From the NCBI GenBank assembly GCA_964016885.1, contig OZ024740.1, positions 366,544,001-366,608,000 of the forward strand: 64,000 bases of DNA, written 5' to 3'. The position numbers and the translations under genes were made by a program. The stretch is from Eledone cirrhosa. Lineage: Eukaryota. Below, piece by piece: positions 42,017-55,205 of the stretch. The first letter of the stretch is position 1; every line of letters starts with the position of its first letter. Below the pieces are notes generated by a model. The model made no database searches, was not told the DNA's origin, and saw only the letters and a program-made list of their open reading frames with translations.

Positions 42017-42886
42017 AAGGAGGAAATAACATCGAGGAGAAAGAGCAGCCCTCAGGAAAAATCCCTTCATAGTACCTTCTTTGAGAAAACTGAATTTAGA
42101 GATCCACAGACATGGAACTGGTTGAAAAGAGGAGACCTTAAAAAGGCTACAGAAGGAATGTTAATGGCTGCGCAGTAGCAGGCCCTCAAAACGAAGTGGT
42201 TGAAACACCACATTTACAAGGAGGAGGCTAGCCCACTGTGCAGGATCTGTGGAGAGAGAGAGGAGACTGTGGCTCACATTGTATCCGAGTGTAAACACCT
42301 AGCCCAGACTCACTATAAGGGCTGGAGACATGATGTGATGGGCAGGGTGATCCACTGGCACCTATGCAAAGTAAACAATTTACCACATTCTGAGAAGTGG
42401 TATGAGCATAAGCCAGAGGCGGTGATAGAAAACGATCAGGTGAAGGTGCTGTGGGATTTTGGGATACAGACGGACAAGAAACTGGAACACAATAGACCTG
42501 ACCTGGTGGTTTTGGACAAAGAAAAAAGATCGTGCCTGATTGTGGATGTGGCCTGCCCATTCGACACGAGAGTGCAAGAGAAGGAGAGGGAGAAAATTAA
42601 CCGATACCAGGACTTAAAGTGGGAGGTAAAAAGGATTTGGAACTGCCATGAGGTCAAAGTGATCCCGATTGTCATAGGCGCACTAGGGACTATCTCAAAA
42701 AGTTTCCAGGGAGGCTTAAAGAAAATTGGCCCCTTCACGCTGTTTGGAACGCTTCAAAAGGCATGCTTGCTGGGAACAGCAAGAACCCTCCGATACGTCC
42801 TGAATATCTGAGGCTGCAGGTAGTGGCTTGATATTCATTTCAACAAACTTTCCAGTTAACTAACATCAATGACTGAGACTCAAAGA
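42017..42886 (+). mobile_element. 5'-truncated R4/Dong-type LINE (zinc finger + RLE) with (TAA)n tail
   Basis: CRIC...EETVAHIVSEC, WRHD, VLWDF.IQTD, NRPDLVV, IVDVACP, EKINRYQDL, PIVIGALG (ORF 42200-42811). Confidence 0.9.
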
Positions 42887-43087
42887 ATAATAATAATAAT
42901 AATTGTTTCTACTTTAGGCACAAGGCCAGCAATTACCCAGTGCATTACTGGTACTTTATTTTATCGACCCGTAAGGATGAAAGGCAAAGTCAACCTCGGC
43001 GGGATTTGAACTCAGATCGTAAAGGGACGTAACTATGCTGGAAAGCATGACGTCCGACCCTCTACCCATACTGCCAATCCACCGCCC

Positions 43088-43136
<49 letters not shown>

Positions 43137-43137
<1 letters not shown>

Positions 43138-44020
43138 TTTTCTTTATTAACCACAAGGGTTTACATAAAGTAGACATTAAGGACAGTACAGGACAATACA
43201 GGACGGTACAAATGGGCATTTCTGCGTGTAAAAAAAACAGAGGTTGAAATAAAATAACAAAGAAAAATTCCCCAATAGGGGGGAGACTTCCGAGGGACAT
43301 TTGTGGAGAAAGCCCATTAAAAGACCACAGTGGCCCTGACCACCAGGGCAAGTGCCCTCTCCCAGTTTTCCACCTTTAATTTACAGACACATACTCAGAG
43401 AAGGCCCATTCATTCGGGCCATACTTGCTTCTCTCACCCATCTTTCAACAAAATGCTGGGAAGAGAGCACTTCCCTCTCTACCCTGATTTTCCTTTTCAG
43501 ATGAAATTTGAAAATGTTAATCAGGGCATCACCGAAGAGGTAAGTGCTCGTCTTCAGCCCTTTCAAACGTGTCCACCATACTATCTCTTTCGCCATGGCC
43601 ACCAGACAGATAAAAACTGCCTGCCCTTCCCGGCTAAAGGAGGAGGGCGGGGCAATCCCACAAGTCAGCAATGCTCGGACACTGGACGAGTGCGTGCAGG
43701 ACGGTTTCGTCGCCCTGCGCGCATCTCGGACATGCTCGGCTGACGGCACCTCCATGCCTGTAGAGTTCATCCCGAACTGGCAAAGCTCCTCGGTAGCACT
43801 GCCAGGCCAGGGATTTCTGGAAGTTGTCCATAGGCCCCGGCCCGAAAGTCCTTCCGAAGAGATTGGCTAGTTGATTTTCGTCGACGCCTAGAGTTTCTCC
43901 AAGTACGTCGTCGCTCATCCCCTCCACTAATCCCCTATAGAACGCCAAGGTGGAGTTTCCACCGATCACATTGCCCGATTGGTCGAGGGCTGTGAGCGCC
44001 TGAAGACATTCCAGTCTCCA
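43137..44020 (-). mobile_element. 5'-truncated second copy of the Tx1-clade LINE
   Basis: Homologous to 35972-36942 with scattered substitutions and a deletion near 43658. Confidence 0.92.
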
Positions 44021-44037
44021 AGCAATAATAATAATAA

Positions 44038-45177
44038 TAATATTAGGTACAGTACGGGAATTCTGAAATGGAATGTTGCTGAACAAAAAGAAATGGATAG
44101 GAAGACTAGGAAGCTATTGACTATCTACAACATGTTCCACAAGAGGAGTGATGTCGATAGACTCTACTTAAGAAGATCTGAAGGTGGAAGAGGTCTTATC
44201 AGCATAGAGGACTGTCTTCAGATGGAGAAAAACAACCTGCACAAATACGTGACTGACAGTAGGGAGCCAATGCTCAGAATGGTACTGAAGGAGGGGACAA
44301 TAGACCAGGGGATGTCCAATGAGGAAATAACAACAAGGAGAAAGAGCAACCTTCATGAAAAATCCATTCATAGTACCTTCTTTAAGAAAATTGAATTTAG
44401 AGATCCACATACATGGAACTGGTTAAAAAGAGGAGACCTTAAAAAGGCTACAGAAGGAATGCTAATGGCTGCGCAAGCCCTCAGAACGAAGTGGGTGAAA
44501 CACCATATTTACAAGGAGGAGGAGAGCCCACTGTGTAGGATCTGTGGAGAGAGAGAGAGGAGACTGTGGCTCACATTGTATCCGAGTGTAAACACCTAGC
44601 CCAGACTCACTATAAGGGCTGGAGACATGATGGGCAGGGTGATCCACTGGCACCTATGCAAAGTAAACAATTTACCACATTCTGAGAAGTGGTATGAGCA
44701 TAGTCTAGAGTCGGTAATAGAAAACGATCAGGTGAAGGTGCTATGGGATTTTAGGATACAGACGGACAAGAAACTGGAACATAATAGAGCTGACCTGGTG
44801 GTTTGGGACAAGGAAAAAAGATCGTGCCTGATTGTGGATGTAGCCTGCCCATTTGACACGAGAGTGCAAGAGAAGGAGATGTAGAAAATTAGCCGATACC
44901 AGGACTTAAAGTGGGAGGTAAAAATGATTTGGAACTGCCATGAGGTCAAAGTGGTCCCGATTGTCATAGGCGCACTAGGTACTATCTCAAAGAGTTTCCA
45001 AGGATGGTTAAAGAAAATTAGTCCAGCCCCGCTTTTTGGAACACTTCAAAAGGCATGCTTGCTGAGAACAGCAAGAACCCTCCAATACGTCCTGAATATG
45101 AGGCTGCAGGTAGTGGCTTGATATTCATTTCAACAAACTTTCCAGTTAACTAACATCAATGACTGAGACTCAAAGAA
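44038..45177 (+). mobile_element. 5'-truncated second R4/Dong-type LINE copy, longer at its 5' end than the 42017 copy
   Basis: IRYSTGILKW, DRKTRKLLT, SDVDRLYLRRSEGGRGL, then zinc finger/RLE and a 3' UTR matching copy 1. Confidence 0.9.
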
Positions 45178-45369
45178 CAATAATAATAATAATAATTGTT
45201 TGTGATTTTAGGCACAAGGCCAGCAATTTGAAATCGACTCAAGTGCATTACCGGTGCTTTATTTTATCGACCCTGTAAGGATGAAAGGCAAAGCTAACCT
45301 CGGTGGGATTTGAATTTTGCAGGATGCCGCAAAGCATTTTCTCCGACACTCTAACGATTCTGCCAATCC

Positions 45370-45900
45370 ATGGAAATCACTTGGCCATGACAAAGTGCAA
45401 AACGTTTGGATTCACCACTAGTAGCTGATAGCAAAATCTCTATAAAAACTATCATTTTCCCAATGGAGGTGCTAGCCCGGATCATAATAGGAATAACATT
45501 CCTCGTACCCCAAAATGAAGAAACTGAGAAACCTAAGAATTATAGACCAATAACATGCCTGTCCTCAACATATACACTTTTAGCATCAATAATCGATAAT
45601 CAATAGAGCAAAATGGTGCAAACGGGGATCATATGGTTGTAAGGATCAACTACCAATAAATAAAATGACAATGCAAAACTTGTCTACAAAGAAAAAAATC
45701 TCAGCACAGCCTGGATAGTCTATCGATATGCGTTTGATAGTGTCTTGAAACAAAGTATGGGTTCATGGAAAACAACTATTTTCTTGAAACACAACAAAGG
45801 GACAACAAATTCAAAAGAAATCTCGATACCCAGAGGAATATTCCAGCGAGACTCACTGTTTCCTTTCCTCTTCTGAATAGCATTACCCCCTCCCCTCCTT
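45370..45900 (+). pseudogene. Old R4/Dong-type RT N-terminal fragment
   Basis: WKSLGHDKVQNVWI, GITFLVP, NYRPITCL, GCKDQL, AFDSV, RGIFQRDSL. Confidence 0.78.
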
Positions 45901-46339
45901 CTCTGAAAGAAATCGCCTGTGTTCAAACCCGTAGACAGGATAGGCTCCATTAAGTTTAAAATGTCATGACGGCGACCCTACGTCTCCATCAAGAGTATAC
46001 ATGATTATATTAATAATTTCTAATTTAAACATTTTCCTGTTATTTTACAGACAAAGAACTTAATTATAATTATAAATATAATTATGTTCTGCGGTTCAAA
46101 TTGTAATATGCACAAATAAGCAAATATGTAAATGCACACAAAATTTGCTAATGAATCCAAACAAACGCACAGGTACAAACATATTTTCTCACAAGCAAAT
46201 ACATAAATGTAATTAGACAAATATAAAATATACATAAGCATGAGCAAATACCTGCACTTTCAAACACTTATTCAAATAATCTATTCTATTACTGTATAAT
46301 TCAGTAAGACAAGACGATTAAAATTATCACACACACACA

Positions 46340-46402
<63 letters not shown>

Positions 46403-47494
46403 ACCTCCTTGAGAGAGTTGGATTTTGGCCGGAGTATCGCTAAAAGCTTTCTCCGATAATGTATTTATTTATTTACTCTTGGTGCAATAGATATTAAATT
46501 CCCGATATAAGGTTTGACTCTCTTTGTTTATTTTTTTATATATGAATATTGATTGTTTCTTGTATCTCATTCTGTTATTTTGCCCGAGAAAATATCTATG
46601 TGTGTCATTAAACGTTGTACACAGATATTTTTTCAAGTTCCAATTGAGTTCTAGCACGTGGCCTGAATTCCTTTTAGAATTCATTGTCCTGCGCATATAT
46701 TGTTTTTTTGGCGGTAATATACTTCCTCATTTTTGAATCAGTTTGAGTATTTCTTTAGAACTGCTGGAGTAGCAACCTATCAGGTACCTCAGGCACTGAT
46801 GGTGATTATCGCTAAATACTGATATTGGTTAGATTATCAATATTAGTATTATTGGGCACCCACTGAAGAATTATAAGAGCCCACTTGAATATATATCTGT
46901 TGATCTTATACAAGCTCCTACATAAAATGGTATAATTTCACCCAAATTGTAGGAATCTTATAATGAAACGAGACGTCCGTCTGGGAAGAGATATGTACAG
47001 CCACCGGAAATAACATCTGTGAAATATACAGCGCCATCTACCTGTTAGCTAGCTACCTCAACGTGAAACAAAAGAACCATTAAAACCTACCAGAATAAAC
47101 GCCTACACATCGGCTAAACATCAAACGATTATTTCTGTATAAATAGAGTGGTTCCAAACACTTCACTAGTCGACATTTGGCAGAGTCAACTTGCGTATCG
47201 TTGTTCCTCGCCTCTGCCACGCTTTGTCACTCACACACGCCTTGTACCTCGTATCGTCGCTTCATGTGAAAATAAATAGCTGATCGAATTTACATCTCGC
47301 CTTGTTACGTCCTTTCAACTTGTGCTTTCGTCTGTCTATCCTCAACAGTTCTTTTAAGGGCTATATGCGACAACAGTCCTTTTAAGGGCTATCTTCAGAT
47401 CTGATCAGACCGTATGCGTTAACAGTCCTTCTAAGGGCTATTCTCGGATCTGATCAGAAGTAGTGACCAGACTGACTAACCACGTCGCTACAAT

Positions 47495-47526
47495 TGGTGA
47501 CCCGAACGTGAGTCGAACGCGCAACC
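47495..47526 (+). promoter_or_regulatory. Primer binding site complementary to the tRNA-Trp 3' end
   Basis: tggtgacccgaacgtgagtcgaacgcgcaacc vs recalled metazoan tRNA-Trp complement TGGTGACCCCGACGTGATTCGAACACGCAACC. Confidence 0.82.
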
Positions 47527-47551
47527 AGACAGCACCTAAGAAAATATCAAC

Positions 47552-50500
47552 ATGGACATGTCATAAACGACAGAGGCCGAGATTTCAGAGCTGCGGGCTA
47601 TGATCAGAGAGCGGGCTGGTCAAATTAAAGCCTTCTCGAATCAAGTAGAGAACTTGACCTTTCAAACACACCGGCGACGCAGCAACAGTCGATCCAGGCC
47701 TTTTCACAGTCGAAGATCCAGTAGTCCCAGTCAAAATCGTGTGCCTGGCAACCTCTGCTGGTATCACACAAATTTCGGCGCACAGGCATCTAAGTGCAAA
47801 GCCCCGTGCTCTTTCCGGAATGCCACCGAGGGCCTGGCGACGACGTTCACCCCTGGTATTGAAAAGAAAAGTCGTCTATTTTTTATTAACGACCAGGCGA
47901 CAGGCATCCGTTACCTCGTGGATACAGGAGCCTAGGTTAGTGTTATTCCGGTTTCACTAATCTCGGGCAAAAGACACCCAACCCCGTCCTTTCTGCAGGC
48001 AGTGAACCGATCGTCAATTCCTTCGGAGAAAATCCCTGACCCTCAATTTAGGCCTGAGGCGCAGTTTTCAATGGGTGTTCGTCGTGGCAGACCTGCCGAC
48101 CCCGATCCTAGGAGCCGATTTTCTCCACCACTTCAACCTTCTGGTGGATATGAAGAACCGGAGGCTTATCGACACCACCACAAACCTCACTGTGAGAGGT
48201 ATATTTACCACGCAATCCACAGTGAGCCCTGTAATTTGCCAGTCAGAGCCTTCGCGGTACAACGGCATTCTCCAGAAATACCCAGACATCACTCGCCCGG
48301 TATTTAAGGATGGTCCTATTAAGCATAGTGTCACGCACCACATCGAGACAAAGGAACCACCCACAGCTGCCCGACCAAGGAAACTGCCTCCAGACCGATT
48401 GAGAATCGCCAAACAGGAGTTTCAACACATGCTGAACCTCGGAATCATTCGCCCTTCCTCCAGCAACTGGTCTGCACCCCTAGACCTTGTTCCAAAAAAA
48501 AAACGAGAATGATTGGCGACCATGTGGGGATTATCGTGCACTTAACAATTCTACAGTGCCCGATAATTACCTTGTACCTCACCTGCACGATTTTTCTGCC
48601 TCTCTGCAAGGCGCACGCATCTTTTCCAAGGTAGATTTGTTGCGTGCATATAACCAGATACCTATGGAGCCTGCAGACATTCCGAAGACCGCAATCACAA
48701 CACCGTTCGGTTTATTCGAATTCCTGCGAATGCCGTTCGGTCTGCGCAACGCTGCACACACTTTTCAGCTGTTTATTGACACCGTGTTACGCGATCTACC
48801 CTTCTTATACGCGTATATTGACGACGTGCTGGTAGCAAGTACTTCCGAGCAGGTACACGAGAAGCACTTAAATCTCCTTTTCCAACGTTTGGCTGAGTAC
48901 GGTGTCATCATCATCAACCCCAGCAAGTGCCTTCTCGGCGTTCCTTCACTATCCTTTCTCCTTTCTCGGGCACATCATCGATAAAGACGACATTCGTCCA
49001 CTTCCCGAGAAAGTAGAAGCTATCCGCAGTTTTCCCGCACCTACATCACTTCGAAAACTGCGTGAATTCCTTGGTCTGGTGAATTTTTATAGCCGGTTTA
49101 TCCCTCATTGTTCCGACGCAGCCAGACTCCTCACGGACCTTCTTCGTAACCGGACTCGCAAAAACGAAGAGATCACTCTAAACGAGGAAGAATTAACATC
49201 TTTTAACCGCCTGAAGGAAATGTTGGCAAACGCTTCCATGCTCGTTTTCCCCAGGTCTGGCGCTCCGCTTTCGCTGCTAGTAGACGCATCAGACACGGAG
49301 GTTGGAGGCGTTTTACAACAACATGTCAACGGCGTGTGGCAACCCTTATCCTTCTTTTCTAAGCGGTTGCAACCGGCAGAAACGAAATACAGTATCTTTG
49401 GCCGCGAACTCTTGGCAACCTATCTTTCGGTTAAGCATTTTCGGCACATGCTCGAAGGATCAGATTTCGTGATCTACACGGACCATAAACCACTAGTTTA
49501 TGCGTTCCGTACCAAACCTGATCGACATTCACCGAGAGAGCTCCGACACCTGGATTTTGTTTCCCAATATTCAACTGATATTCGGCATATCAAGGGAACA
49601 GACAACGTAGCAGCCGACGCCCTGTCCCGAATCCAGCTGAACGCAATACATGTGCATTCAGGCATCGACCTTCAACAGATCGCAGCTGACCAAGAGACTG
49701 ACGAAGAGTATATCAAGCTCCGAGATTCGCCATCCCTCAAGTTTCAGCAAGTTCCCATTCCTTCTTCTCTGGGACAAATTTGGTGCGACTTTTCTACCGG
49801 TCATGAACGACCTTACGTACCACAGATGCATCGTCGACAAGTTTTTTCTGCTTTACACTGCTTGTCTCACCCGGGAATCCGGGCTACACAGAAACTCATC
49901 TCTACTCGTTTTGTGTGGACTAACATTAACAAGGACGTGCGCGACTGGTCCAGGAGCTGCATTGCCTGCCAGAAAGCCAAAGTCCACAGACACATCAAAA
50001 CTCCACTCGGCACATTCGCGCAACCTGATGCACGTTTTCATCATGTGCATATCGACATCGTCGGACCTCTACCACCATCACAGAACTACACACACTTGCT
50101 AACTTGCATAGATCGATTTTCTCGTTGGCCTGAGGCTTTTCCCATAAATGATACCTCAGCGGAAACAGTCGCTAAAACTTTGGTTTTACACTGGGTATCA
50201 CGTTATGGCGCCCCAGCGAAGATAACAACGGACAGAGGACGCCAATTTGATTCCCACCTCTTCAGGGAACTGACTCGCCTGTTAGCATGTAAACACATCC
50301 GCACGACAGCTTATCACCCGCAAGCTAATGGTCTCGTGGAAAGATTCCATCGCCAATTGAAAGCTGCAATAAAAGCATATCCAGACAAGACCCACTGGTT
50401 TGAATACCTACCACTCATCCTTCTGGCCATTCGATCCACCGTTAAGGAGGAATTCGGACACACATCTGCAAAATTAGTGTACGGCACCACCCTGGTTCTA

Positions 50501-50950
50501 CCTGGTCAGATGGTTGCTCCCATCTCTCCCCGGGATGTTTCAGACCCAGGATCATACGTACACCGTCTTCGACAATATATGTCTCACCTTGCTCCTGCAA
50601 GCACCCGTCAACAGAACACGGCCACACACGAACCTTCAGACATTAATGATTGGACACACGTTTTCGTTCGAAACGACACCATCTCAGCTCATCTTCGACT
50701 TCCATATTCTGGCCCTTATCGTGTTCTAAATAAATATCCGAAATATTTTATTCTCGATCTAGATGGTAAACAGAATTCTGTCAGCGTGGACAGATTAAAA
50801 AACGCCATCATGGATACTGTTACAGTCTCTACACCAGAAACTCCAACAGATTGCTGTCCCAGCGAGCCACCTGTTTCATCTCCAGTCACGAGAAGTGGAC
50901 GACGTGTCCATTGGCCCGCCAAGTTGGCACAATATGTTAATTACCGTTAA
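47552..50950 (+). pseudogene. gag remnant and pol (PR-RT-RH-IN); stop after DTGA, frameshifts near 48022, 48500 and 48955; RH-IN open over 48902-50950
   Basis: [51 protein letters not shown]3-H..C-X2-C, DIVGPL, TDRG, NGLVER, PYSGPY, TRSGR. Confidence 0.93.
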
Positions 50951-52546
50951 CCTCAAGTGAGTTTCTTAATCAGTCTTCGTGCAAAACATTTCCATTTTTC
51001 TTGTGTTTACTATTTCCAGTTTCAAATACAATGAACTTTCTGCTTGAACAATTGCAATTTTTAGTGACCATGTGCTCATGTCACGAAGAACATTATTTAT
51101 TATGAACATTATTTATTACAAACACTATTTAAGAACAAACATTGTGTATATCATTGTGTATAACATTTTTTTTTCTTCTCTCTCTTGTTTTGCAAAATTT
51201 GTATTTTTCTTGTTCTGTAACATTGATTGTGTAATTGCCATAATTTTTATATACATAAAAGGCGTGTACATATTCTGTTTTTCATGCACACTACAAAACC
51301 ACGTTTGTTTCACCTTTTAGTTCATACACTGAGCAATAGATATTTGTGTCCCTCTAACTCATACACTACAAAATGTTTTCTCTTTGATCACGCATTTCAC
51401 AAATCGCAGCCTCAAAACACTGGCCTTCTTTTTTCACGTACACATTCACTCAATAGCTCGAGAATGCCTCGCTATTTTTTTACCACATGCATTCGCTCAA
51501 GTCATATGCTGTGGAGCAAACTGTTACTTTTAGGCAGCATGCTTACGGCCATTCAGTTCACACATTACGGTTATCTTCACTGCCCAGTTAGACTTTTTGT
51601 CACGCAATTCACAGGCAGCTCAACCCAATTTGCAACAGGCTCATTCATCACGCCTGCATAAATCTGGTCAAAGTCATTTTATAGTTTATTTCTTTTTTCT
51701 CTTCCTGACACACACATCTTGCCATATCATCTCTACATCGACTCTGTCCTGTACTCGATGATCACAAAATTTCACAACGTGTTGCACACTCCTGGGGCTA
51801 TTGTCATGACAAATGCACCACTGGCCCATTACTATACGATATTTCGCTCTTTTGTTGTACAAAAGATCTGGCAGGGGGATAATGTACAGCCACCGGAAAT
51901 AACATCTGTGAAATATACAGCGCCATCTACCTGTTAACTAGCTACCTCAACGTGAAACAAAAGAACCATTAAAATCTACCAGAATAAACGCCTACACATC
52001 GGCTAAACATCAAACGATTATTTCTGTATAAATAGAGTGGTTCCAAACACTTCGCCAGTCGACATTTGGCAGAGTCAACTTGCGTATCGTTGTTCCTCGC
52101 CTCTGCCACGCTTTGTCACTCACACACGCCTTGTACCTCGTATCGTCGCTTCATGTGAAAATAAATAGCTGATCGAATTTACATCTCGCCTTGCTACGTC
52201 CTTTCAACTTGTGCTTTCGTCTGTCCATCCTCAACAGTTCTTTTAAGGGCTATATGCGACAACAGTCCTTTTAAAGGCTATCTTCAGATCTGATCAGACC
52301 GTATGCGTTAACAGTCCTTCTAAGGGCTATTCTCGGATCTGATCAGAAATAGTGACCAGATTGACTAACCACGTCGCTACAGATATATTCGATATGTCTC
52401 ATATGAAATAATACAGCCAATTTTCCACACAATACATTTAGTTAACACCCCGAACGTTTAATTGGGAAATACTCAGGTATTTCCTAATGTTTGTTGAGTG
52501 AGTTGGAATTTGGCCGGAGTATCGCTAAAAGCTTTCTCCGATAATG

Positions 52547-52583
<37 letters not shown>

Positions 52584-54469
52584 CGAAGTTTTGAAAGCCA
52601 CGACAATGCACGTTTGGACGGAGAATAATTAAATCGTAAGAAACAAGGCTTGTTTTATTTTACCTTAATTTATTCATATGTCCTGATAGTTCAAGATTAA
52701 TATCTCTTCTTTCGAGGAAAATAAAGGTGTCTGATGCGGCTTTCTAGAAATTCCATTCTCTGAACTACGGTGAGAAGTATCCAAACGGAACAGACCGACA
52801 TCATTAGTTGCCATCGAGTCACAGATTTTACATCAGTTTTCCTTCTTCTAGAATAATGTCCGAGCAAGGACCAGGAACCTCTTTCTCTCTCATACATACA
52901 TACATACGTACACACATACATACTTACACACACACATACGTACAGTCAGAATCTTTTACTTTAAACGCAATGGTGTGAAATACGCTCTACACTCCACTTC
53001 ACGCACACAACCCCCCCCCCCCCACACACACACACACACGTACCCTCACATCAACACACTCACACCCACTCATATACACTTCACACACACACACATATAC
53101 GCGCTCGCCCACATCCACACCCAGATACACACACGCACTCATACATACACGCTGACACACATACACGCACGCACGCGCGTGCACACACACACACACACAC
53201 AGATGCGATATTTAGCTCAACACAAGCGTCAATGCTGCTTGAACTTCTGTGTGAGAATGCATTAACATTTCATAATTTGATCATATAAACCCATTATAAA
53301 CTTTGCAAAAATTCCCAAACACTAAATTTCTAACACCTCTATTTTATCACTTCACTTCTCAAATCCTTTATATTCAGCGTATTGTGTAGTACACAATATA
53401 ACTTAGCATAGTATAGTACAACAACAACATAAGATGGTTGTGTAGCATGCTGTAGTATAGTGTAGCATAAACACCCAGGGACGCCTATTGCACGTAAAAG
53501 TATTGGTAAAGAAGCAGACCTGTCAACCTCTAAAACTCCAAACGGAGAGTACCATGAAAAAAAGTGCCCCCAAAACGAGGAGAAATGAGGCAAAAATGGG
53601 AAGATTTTTACATAATGAAAACTATACCCATTTCCACAAAAGAAGACATCTCTCAGCCACCCCAAAGAGGTGAGAGATCTCCCCGCCCAACGGGGAGAAT
53701 TGACAGGTCTGAGAAAGCATTCATATATTTTATCCAGCCAAGAAATTTCAATTAATTTAATTTAGGTTGAGTCCGTAGCAGTGGAGACTTCTGGTGTTTT
53801 GGGTGTTAGGACTACCTCACTACTCACCACCATCGGCACAGATTTGGCTACCCGCAGGTGTGAGCATCACGAACTGGAATGGCTCTTCCAGCGCGTCTTC
53901 CTCACCATCCTCCGGGGAAACGCCTTCTCTATTCTGACGACTGGGGCCGCGGGGTGGCCAGCGCGTGGGCCCCCCTTCACTTATAATAGTGAGAAATGGG
54001 GAGAACGGGAGAGACGGAGGCAGTGACAGTGGAAGTTTAGTTCTTTTGTGTTCGGACCTGGTGTATATGTATATATTTAGTTACCACACCACATCAGACC
54101 TATCACCCCCCCCCCCGCTCTGACGGGGAGATCTCCCACACACTTTGGGGTGGGTGAGAGATGTCTTCTGGTATAGCTTTCATTATATAAAATCTTCCCG
54201 TTTTGCATCATTTCTCCTCGTTTTGGAGCACTTTTTTTCATGGTACTCACCGTTTGGGTTTTTAGAGGTTGGTAGGTCTGACATAGTATGATGCAGCATG
54301 GCATGGTCACACCTGACTGAGCAGACATTCCAGCAATGACAATACAGATATTTTGTATATCTAGAATTATATTGGCAAATATGTCCATCCTTGGGACAGA
54401 TTTAGCTGCTATTTTTAACCGTTCCATGGTGAGATACCATTACACTTTTTGGTTTTACCAACAACTAAC

Positions 54470-55205
54470 GCTAAGCCAATCACCACCACTACCACCACCA
54501 ACAACAATAACACCGCCATCACCACCACCACCACAAACAATAACAACAACAATAACACCGCCATCACCACTACCACCGTCGTCGCCATCACTTCCAACAC
54601 CACCACCATTACTGCCACTATCACTATCAATCCACCAGACGAACCACTAAGGGCCATAGTTACAACTACTACTGCTACAACCAACACTAGCACCACCATC
54701 CTCATCACCGCCGCCGCCACCAACATCACCCCGACCACATTACTTCCACCAGCACCACCACCCGCCATTACCACCACCACCGCCACCATTATCAACCACT
54801 AACGCCACGACAACAGCCATCACTATCAACACCAACCATCATCATCATCACCACTACCACTATCAACCGCCGCAATCACCACCATCATCATCACCACCAC
54901 CACAACAACCATCATCACCACCACCACCACCACCACCACCACCTCCCCCGCCGCCGTCACAACAACCACCACCACAACAACTACCACCACACCACCAACC
55001 ACCACCACCACCACCACCACCGACACCACTACCAACCACCACCACCACCACTACCACCACCAACCACCACCACCACCACCGACACCACTACCAACCACCA
55101 CCACCACCACTACCACCACCACCACCACCACCACTATCATCCACCACCACCACCACCACTACCACTACCACCACCACCAACAACAACAACCACTACCATC
55201 ACCCA
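54470..55205. repeat. Cryptic (CCA)n/(CAA)n/(CTA)n trinucleotide-rich tract
   Basis: Direct reading; gives spurious poly-T/P/H/V/G ORFs. Confidence 0.9.

Larger units (their letters stand above)
46994..52381 (+). mobile_element. Ty3/Gypsy LTR retrotransposon, CsRn1-like clade, defective
   Basis: LTRs 46994-47492 and 51883-52381 (499 bp each, TG..CA, about 9 differences by eye); 4-bp TSD GATA; PBS from 47495; PPT ggcaggggga about 51870-51879; CHCC Gag motif CWYH-X9-C-X3-C. Confidence 0.96.
46415..52551. repeat. Older host element with about 53-bp terminal direct repeats between (TA)n tracts, interrupted by the Gypsy element
   Basis: gagttggaWtttggccggagtatcgctaaaagctttctccgataatgtattta at about 46415 and 52499. 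Confidence 0.6.

Noticed and set aside
51072-51937. env-like third ORF in the Gypsy element
   Set aside because: Only short AT-rich ORFs with no signal peptide, furin site or coherent transmembrane architecture.
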